Below are positions 45,970 to 64,000 of a DNA stretch of 64,000 nt, piece by piece (positions within the stretch are counted from its first letter, which is position 1; the number at the start of each line of letters is the position of its first letter). Position numbers and translations under genes: made by a program. Where the stretch lies: contig CM102290.1 in NCBI GenBank assembly GCA_046563655.1, positions 12,586,001 through 12,650,000 on the forward strand, in the 5' to 3' direction. Source of the DNA: Yuukianura sp. NJ FZ-2021 (taxonomy: Eukaryota). Below the pieces are notes generated by a model that searched no databases, was not told the DNA's origin, and saw nothing but the letters and a program-made list of their open reading frames with translations.

Positions 45970-48900
45970 ATGGCCATGGATAACCAAGAGCAGGTGAGTT
46001 TCATTCTACAGTTATATTCATATTCGGCGTATGTACTAGACGATAAACGATAGTGCTAAATGATTTTCGGTGATAGCGAGCTTAGGTCACTCCCGGTTTG
46101 AAACTGGATTCGGAACTAAGGATACATGAGACAACTGTTACTAATCAAACGAGCGGCATCGGCATGTAATAGAATTTTTGCTGGACTTGTTTAACATTTT
46201 TTCAGTGATTTCTGATCGAAACCGCTTGAAATCGAAAACTTCGTATGTTTTTGTAAATTCTTCTACTAAAATGAACTGTACAAAACGTTTTTGGAGAGAA
46301 AGGTCAGTTTCTGAGTGATGTTGGGCTCGGGGCCTAGGTTTTTCTTGAGGAACGTTATGTCCAGTGGAAGTTCCATTACATGTCCCGTCTGATTTCATTT
46401 AAGACTGGTAACTATTGTTAAATGTTACGCCAGTCCAGTCATAAAGTTAACGTTAACTTTATGGATTAGGATAAGTTTCAAGGGTCAGTCAAGGAGCCAA
46501 GTGACAAAAATAGGCCAGTTTCTTATGTCTACCGTGGTTTGCTCCATTTCAGGTCGAAATTTTAGGGTAAATTAACCTTACCAGCTGATATGAAGTCGAC
46601 TCGAACGATTACTGCTGACAATCTTGATTGATACTTTCAGTTTCTAATGTATGAGGTCAATCGCGATCAGTGGTTTCTGTACGTTTCTCCTAGAACAATC
46701 GGACTCAGGAATAGCGGTTGAGTGACAAAAGACGCTGTGACGGCGTGGTCTTGGGTAAAAATGCTTGGCCTTCTCAGATCGTAGAATTGGTGGATCCTTG
46801 GATGTGAAGTGTTGGGTGCCGCGGCTGGGGAGAAGGGGGTCAACTTATTTGGAAAGAACAATGGAAATGCCCGGAGTCCAGTCATTAGGGCACTTCTAAA
46901 GCAAGCATCCAAGGTTCCGTAACAACGACAAGTTAATTCTCTTTAACAGGTTGAGTACTACTGCCCTCCTTGACAAAAAGACGAAAAAACAAAACGAAAA
47001 TTGGTACCAATCCCAAAAATTGATACCAATTCGAATGTAAAATTTTAAAAAAATTCGCTGTAGTATTTTTTATGATTACGATGCACTGAAATGAAAAGTT
47101 GCAAATTCGAAATGACATGAGGTATTACCCAACCTCTTAAAGAAAAGCAGTCAACAAACCTTGCAAGCATCCATCGCAGAAGCGGGATGGGAGGTGGGAA
47201 GTGTCTTCACGAAGAAGATGAAGATGCCCCGCCACTTTAGCTTCCCGCCCATCCAACAGCATTCAACATTGTGCATTGTTATGTATCACTGACATGACGT
47301 ATGATGCGACGATTTGACGTGCTATGACTCACTCAAGTTGATAACTTTACTACGCAAAAATGAATAAGCTTACTTATTTGTTAAATTGTATTCTGGATAG
47401 TTGTCATTTGAATAAGTTAGTCTCAAGTTGATTAATTGTTACTGAGAGACCCGTGAAACCGGGCTTTATCCGTTACGCAATGGGTCCGCCTCCGATACTT
47501 CCGATTTACAGACCGTTTAATCGGTTATGGCCCGGTAGTTACTGTTTCAGGCCCTACAGTAGGGTACAATTCTACCAGGTTAGATCACATTTAACATGAT
47601 ATCAGTGGTGTATTGTAATCGGTTTCTGAATTTACAGTTAATTACTACGGAAATTAGTTTGAAATTAATTACTACGTCTTTAGTTTCTGTACCAATCAAT
47701 GATCAAATATTTGATTTCAATTTTTCCAGGATGAGTTTGAACTTGAGGTTGACGATGGCGTCGATTTATATGATGACATGATTACAGCCTCTGGAGGTGC
47801 GCAAGAATCTGAACATTTGGATGACACATTATCATCGTCTCCTGATCCAGTCAATAGTACTGGCGGTACAACACCGTTGAACAACGGGAAATCGGGAGAC
47901 TCTCATCGCGAACGTGCAACTGGCCAACGAGACTCTATTGTCCCTCTCAGAAAATTTCAAGCTTACATTGGAAACCTGACTTGGGTAAAACATTTGTTTC
48001 GATGTTAAACTTTTACTGCTGAATGCTGTTGACGAATCTACTGATAAGCCTACACTTGATTGCTTTCATATATTACTGTAATTCATTTACTGTTATCTCT
48101 ATTGTAGTGGACGTCGGATCAAGACATTCAAGATGCCGTCACTGAGGCAGGTATCAACGACTTCATTGAGGTGAAGTTTTACGAGAATCGCGCCAATGGT
48201 CAGTCGAAGGGATACACTGTCCTTACCGTAGGATCAGAAAGTTCACTAAAAATTGTCCACGATAAACTACCGAAGAAGGAACTCCATGGACAATTTCCAG
48301 TAGTCACGCCACCGACGAAACAAGCATTGAATCAGGTTAATATTCAACTAACCATCAACACCAAATATGCGTTTAACCATTCCATACTTGTAATCGGAAC
48401 TATTTTACTAAATCTAGTTTGAAGCTCAAGCAAAGACGAGACCATCAGGAACTTCAAACGAAAAAGGCCCTCCGAACGGTGAAATGAACAACATGGGTGG
48501 AATGGGTGGTGGTCCACCAATGGGAATGGGACAGCGTGGAATGATGGGCCCTGGACCAAGAGGGCCACGCGGAATGCATCCACCACCAGGAATGGGGCCG
48601 CCGCCTGGTCATCGCAATATGGGGCCTAACATGGGGCCTGGTGGTTACGGTCCTCCAAGGCCCATGATGCCACCAAACATGGGTGGACCAATGCAAGGCC
48701 CACCTCGTGGACCGATGCCCATTATGGTAAGTGTCGTCACAGCATCGACAGAAAGCTAAGTGGAACGACAATTAACTAACTATTGATAACTGACGATTTT
48801 TTTTGTAGAACGAACCATTTTATCCTCATGGCCCACCACACATGGGACATAGAGGCCCAGGGCCCGGTGGTCCAGGATCTCCTGGAGGAATGCCACCAAG

Positions 48901-50472
48901 AGAAGGCTGGCCAAGATCTCCCAGTAAGTTCACATTCTTTCGCTTAAACTTAAATTTTAAGTAGAGATGTGAAGAATTTGTAGTTGTGAAGTAATTAATG
49001 GCTGTTTGAACTGACGTAGTGAATTTTCCCCATGGACCAAACGGACCTCATGGCCATGGACCACATGGACCAGGTCCTGGCCCACATTTGAACGCTCCAA
49101 ATGGTTCTCCGATGCAAGGTCACATGCGCGGTCCAAGTAAGTCTCAAACGAGACTACACCTCTTACCTCTCTTTCCTTGGTTTTTTCCTGTTGCGAAGCT
49201 AGAACCATTTAAAAATCAATGCCATTTTCATCCGTCCAGCCATTTTTTGACAAAATTCTTACTAAGGGTGAATTTGAACAGAACGTTTTAGTTCAGTTAG
49301 AAAATCAGCAGCGTTTGCTTTTCTTTCTCATTTCTCATGGAAATGCTGCCGCCGAGAAAATCGTTTTATGACTTCGCGGCATTTGGCAATATTGTAATTC
49401 ATATTTTGTTACTTGCAGTGCCTCCTCATCCAATGAGCGGATCACCACCCCAACAACCTCCAGCTCCTCACATGAATCCAGCATTTTTCCATCAGCAAGC
49501 AGGTCCTAATGCAGGTACACCAATGCCAGGAGGTCCTGGACCAATGGGAGGCCCTGCCAGTGGTCCCTACAACTCACCGAATCCACAAAGTCCATATCCC
49601 AATCCCACTCCATTACTTGACATTCGTGACGCTCCTGTTACTCCACAAATTCCGGAAGTGGAGTTTGAAGACATTATGAGCCGAAATAGAACTGTCTCAA
49701 GTTCAGCAATTTCCCGAGCTGTTTCAGATGCTGCTGCAGGTAAGCAAGAAATACTTGTCCAGAGCCTCACTCTTAAGTTCAACGACGGTTTTTAGCGAAC
49801 TTAATCCTGTGGAATTATTTTTTAGGTGAATTTGCCAGTGCGATTGAGACGTTGGTGACAGCAATATCCTTGATTAGCCAGTCCAAAGTTGCTCATGACG
49901 ATCGCTGCAAGATCCTTGTAAGTTCACTTCGAGATACGCTCCATGGAATTGAGGCTAAGAGCTACGGACGAGGCCGCGGTGAGTTTTTACTTTTGAAATC
50001 TGAAATACTTTACAACTTATTTGTGAAAATTTCGAAATTTTAAACAAAATTTCAGATTACCCGGCCATAACAGAACGGAGATCACACTCTCGTGATAGAG
50101 ATCGTCACCGATCACGGCGTCGTGAAAGATCCAGGAGCAGGGAGTACCGAGATCGTAGCCGAGAGCGGGATCGCTACTACGAATACCCACGAGAGAGATC
50201 CAGAAGTCGTGAATACCGAGCGGATAGACCGCGAGAAGAAGGGTAATTCCAGCCTTCGTTTTTTTTTCAAAATTTTAAAATGACACATTTCTTGATGTTT
50301 TTGTTCCAGAGCGAGACCTTACTATGATGAGAGATACCGTGAACGGGAACGTACAGGAAGTGAGCGGGAACGAGAACCGCGAAGTTCAAGATCCGAGCAA
50401 GAACGTCCCCGAGAACGAGAACCTGAGAGGGAGCGAGAGCGAGAAGTCGTAGTTCATCGTACAAGACACTAA
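45970..50472 (+). CDS. CPSF6: Cleavage factor Im 68 kDa subunit
   Basis: Exons 45970-45993, 47730-47984 (GVDLYDD; YIGNLTW), 48108-48335 (WTSDQD...[16 protein letters not shown]), Pro/Gly-rich exons, 49419-49739 ([24 protein letters not shown]), 49826-49978, RS/RE-rich 50056-50242 and 50310-50472. Confidence 0.93.
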
Positions 50473-51132
50473 AACAATGCGTGCAAAATCGTAGGGTAAA
50501 AAGTAAACTATTCATTACCCCAACTTAGTTTAAGAAATTGAGTGTAAATTGACTAATTATTGACTTTTTGTAACTATTTTTTAATTATGGTCTTCAATGT
50601 AATTAATGAAGTTATAATTTAGCTATTTATGTTATATCCCCTTTGGCATTTATCTCCTGTCAATATCTTCATTAGGAAGCAAATGAGTTAACGTTTCGAA
50701 ATGTTTTGAAACGACCATTTCCCTAGTCGAAAGTTAAGAATAAGCTTTTCCGTGACTTCGAAAAATTAAAATCTATTGGCAATTCACTCAGCTCGATCAA
50801 ATTCTGAAATCTGAGAGAAAATTCAAAAAATCGGTGGCACAGACAGAGTCGTATCAATAGTCTTCTTCAGCATGTCTACAGAAGAGTAAGATTGAAGGAG
50901 AAAGTTCGAAATGAAGTAATAGTTTGATCGATTTAATGACTGTTGCCACAACGTAATTTGCAGCTTAGTTGCACAAATACTTCATCTATAGTAATATAAA
51001 TCATAAAAATTTAAATTTACTTGAAATTCCTGGAATGTGGAAACTGTTCAAAAACAAGAAGTTTCAAAATTAGAGTAAATAGTTCCACTTTGAATGAGTG
51101 GCCCTTGAAGGTTGAAGGGGCTGTTCAAGGAC

Positions 51133-52812
51133 TCACGATTTTCCAAACATCTTGGCATACAGTTTCCGCTCCTTCTCTGCATCTTGTTTGATCATTTCAT
51201 TGGAAATATGAAGTTTTTGTGCTGCCAATTTGTTGCTAGGCTCCAGTTGTAGGATTCTCTCAAAATCTTTTTTGGCTTCCCGTGGTTCCTTGAGCCCTAG
51301 ATTGCCAAGGCCACGACGAAATAGGCCCTTGAGGTTGTCATGCTGAATCTCAAGTCCCTCGTCAGCTGAGTTCTTGGCAGCGAGGTAGTTTTCCAGTTGG
51401 AGGTGACACTGAGCTTGGTTGAAGTGGGCAGTTGCCAGTAGCCACTTCCTCTCCTCCTCAATTTCTCCATCGAGTACTGCTAAGTATAAGAATTAACAAG
51501 GATCTGTAGTGATATTCTTTTGATGGCAACATTCTCTGAATCCATAATGTGTACTTACAGGCCTCCATTTTTAGGAAATCCACAATCTTCTTGTAGTACT
51601 TTTGAGCCAATTCGTACTTCTTCTCGGTAAAGAACTTTGTTCCTTTTTCCTTGAAGGATCGGGCACACTCCATCTTTTGAACTCCGTCGAGACTCCATGC
51701 TTCCTTGCCCTGCTTGGTTCAAATAAGTATTAAAATAACTAACTTTAAATTAACTAAATCAAGTCATACCTTGACAAACCGATGAAGAGTAACAAGATAA
51801 ACAACTTCGGCGTGTGGCGGAACTGAAAATTCTGGGCAGCCTTTCGACCCGAATGCATGCATTGGTTGAATGATCAGTTCGGACGTTTCTCCTTCGCTCA
51901 TTTTGTAAAGGGCTGCCTCCACTCCTGGACAGACCAAGTCCTCACTGCCTTCGCCAAGAATGAACTCCAGCTCCCGTTGATCAAAAACAGTGGACAGAAA
52001 GGAACCCTTGAGTGTTACTAGATACAGAAGTAACTTTTATTACTGAAACATTCAATTAAAGTAGAAACTAAGCATACCTTTTACTGTGGCTCCCTCATTT
52101 GGATGATAGTATTTGGAAGTCCCCGGTTGGATCACTTTTCGTAGAATTCCACCATTCTTGGTAGGACTCAAATCTTCCAATTTCCACTCCAACAGTTCAA
52201 TCTGTAAGAAGTAAGTCAGTGTTACTAAAGATCCAGAAAGCATCTATTCAGAGAAAGACGTCAACTGACACACTGACCTCGAAGATGAGAGTAGCATTTG
52301 GTGGGATTTTTCCTGAACCGCCAGCACCGTAGCCCAATTCCGGATGAATGTAGAGTTTACAAACTTCTCCTTTTTTCATACTGGCCACTCCAACTTCCCA
52401 GCCCGTAATTACGCTCTCTGAAACAGAGCAATATCAAATCAAAACTCTGCCAGTTAACAATTGAACTTAATCGTTAGTACATAGACGAAAATTACTCACT
52501 TTTTCCAAGAGTAAACGAGAATGGGTTGCTGAGTCGATTGCTCCTGTCAAATTCAGTTCCGTCCGTAAGCGTTCCGATGTAGTGAACGAAGACTTCAACC
52601 CCATCATGCGGAGTTTCAGTCCCCTCCCCTTCCTTGACAATTTCCTTCCAGAGTTTTCCATCTTTTAGGTCAATTGCTCCGGGTGTCGGTACATAGTCAA
52701 TCTTGACCTCATCCTTGGCAGTTTCGTCGCTAGAATGACATGAACAACATTTTAACACCCATATTCAACTTAAACGGCATATCCAACAGAATTCCACTTA
52801 CGTCATGCCCAT
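51133..52812 (-). CDS. FKBP4: FK506-binding protein 4-like (two FKBP domains + TPR; Hsp90 co-chaperone)
   Basis: VHYIGTLTDGTEFD, VITGWEVGVASMKKGE, KIPPNATLIFEIELL, second FKBP domain, TPR helices (KEKGTKFF...KGLFRRG), ends KERKLYAKMFGKS*. Confidence 0.9.
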
Positions 52813-53104
52813 TTTCCGAGTGAGGGTTGATAATCGATGTCTAACGAATGCTGGAGAATCCTTGGCACACGGCTTGTCTAAATAAGGGAACACAAGTCAG
52901 TCAGCATTCAGCATAATGTCTCCTCACATGGAAGTATTTTTGGTAACAAAAACGAAGGTGGACTGGACAGTACAAACAACCTACTAGTAGGTAATGCTGC
53001 AGTACTTTTTTGTCTACGGTGTGACATACTTAGTTAGTAATTATCGAAATGCTTACCTCGTCTACACACCAAGCACACCGATTGATATCCTTGATTACTA
53101 GAAC

Positions 53105-53211
53105 TTCCCGAACGTTCTTCCCTGAGAGCCGTTTCCACTTTGACTACTTTGTGTTTGTGCAAAGCCGGTTTATAAAATCCCTATCTTTCCACTTTGAGTT
53201 CTCGAAACTTC
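53105..53211 (-). promoter_or_regulatory. FKBP4 promoter: heat-shock elements and TATA box
   Basis: TTCnnGAAnnTTC at 53199-53211 and 53105-53117; minus-strand TATAAA at 53169-53174; non-coding exon donor near 53056. Confidence 0.65.
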
Positions 53212-54422
53212 TGCGGATCGTAGGAGAAGTTCTACAAAAAGTGAAGGACCACTTCAAACAACAAAGAAGCAAGACGTCGTATGAAACCCGCTATTGTTGC
53301 GTTACAATTGCAGTGACCTGGTTGGGTCATCCGTATTTGACCTTATAAGAAAATCAACTAACTTAGTACATATTATAATCCATACTCTTCACATCATTCA
53401 GCAGTCCATTTTTAACAAGAGAGCCAAGTAATTGTTAAATATCGCTTTTCATAAAAATGCAAACCACACGACAATTCGTCAATTATTGACGAATCGATTA
53501 TCATTGTTTCTGTTTCGACCCTGTCGTCGTCAATCTTATTTTTGTTTTGTATCCGAAAAAAAGCCTTCCATTCACGAAATTCAGACACTCAGCACAGGAG
53601 AAAGCACACTTCCACTTGTCATTGTCGGCTCAGGGAAAGCTGAGCTGACTTTCCGTTGTAAAAAAAATCATTTAACTGTGGACTTTTTAGTTAAACTTTA
53701 ATTACAAATTCCTAATTCCGACTGTCAATTGTGATTTAGATTTTTAACGTTTTGTATCCATCCTTTCATCATCTGTGATAAATGGCCTTGTAGTACTGGA
53801 TTCATTTAGTGATGACTTGCTGACGCTAGCGGAACGCTAATGCCGCCAATCACAATGCCGCAACCAAACCAGTCAGCCGACCCACGGATTGCTTATATCC
53901 TGAGCATAATTGGTAACAGTGTTTACTTCATCTACTAAATACGGCATATTTTTCGTACATTGTTCTGTATTGCTTTCGTTATTGATCTAATCTGTTTCGA
54001 AAAATTGGATAGGCGCGTTGCTAAGATACACTTTCCATGACAATTCATCCAAGCGGCAACAGATTCATGTTCAGCCGGTAACAGATAGTTCAGTGGGACG
54101 AAATATCTAAGTATGAATATAAAATTAGGCGAATATGGGTACAAAACTATGCAAATATGGGTAAAATAATTAATTTGTGTTATAATTACTAGTTATTATT
54201 GTAGGTAACCTGAGTTGTATAAACAATACTATGTGGGTACAAACAAAGTCAACGCCGTACTTCGTCTATGTCTGCAGATGGCGCGAATACCGTATTTTCC
54301 CAATTGGCAATGTGGAGTCGATTTTTTTTATCTCGGTTTTTTAAATAATGCTATTCTAAAAAACTGTTAAAAAAATATCGCCGGACTGTAAAGAACCTTA
54401 AAGTACAGACAAGATGATGTTA

Positions 54423-54436
54423 CTTCCCATGGCAAC
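54423..54436. promoter_or_regulatory. X-box (RFX site) upstream of DYNC2H1
   Basis: cttcccatggcaac, 12/14 match to GTTGCCATGGCAAC, ~290 bp upstream of the ATG of a ciliary gene. Confidence 0.55.
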
Positions 54437-54721
54437 GCCAGTGATGTACAAATTAAACTAAAACACGATGTTTCTAAACTCAGACTTTTCACGCCCTTTG
54501 ATTTCCCAGTTCGACACGACCTGACTGACCGTCCAAGGCTGCTGTCAAATTATTTGTCTTGTCTTCTGCGCTGTTTTCCTACTTGAATTAGTTTTCTACA
54601 AATTAACGTTTCCTGCATCTTAAGTGTAACAAGTAATTAGTTAATCCCAGTAGCATTAGATTAGTTTCGAATAGTCTTAGCTCAGCTCTGAAGTTTTACA
54701 AGTTACGAAGTTGCAATCAGA

Positions 54722-64000
<9,279 letters not shown>

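Overview
Eukaryotic, gene-dense, short-intron genomic DNA, most likely from an invertebrate (arthropod-like; inferred from the Pdp1-type PAR bZIP and an insect-type CYFIP cassette exon). Eleven spliced protein-coding genes can be assembled: KANSL2-like (-), Cyclin T (+), SEC23IP/DDHD phospholipase (-), PAR bZIP Pdp1/HLF (+), ANAPC2 (-), DNAJA3/Tid1 (+), CYFIP/Sra-1 (+), WDR55 (-), CPSF6 (+), FKBP4/FKBP59 (-) and the 5' part of DYNC2H1 (+, runs off the window). The larger introns and intergenic gaps hold many short non-autonomous DNA transposons (hAT-like, MULE-like, P-like and Tc1/pogo-like, judged from TIRs and TSDs), including a nested cluster in the last Pdp1 intron. Other points of note: a hidden 69-nt CYFIP exon, alternative last exons in DNAJA3 and FKBP4, GC-AG introns in DYNC2H1, an apparently N-truncated APC2, and recognisable HSE, X-box and E-box motifs. 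I found no prokaryotic-type system (CRISPR etc.) and nothing I can claim is a wholly new system. Exon boundaries were read by eye and may be off by a few bases.
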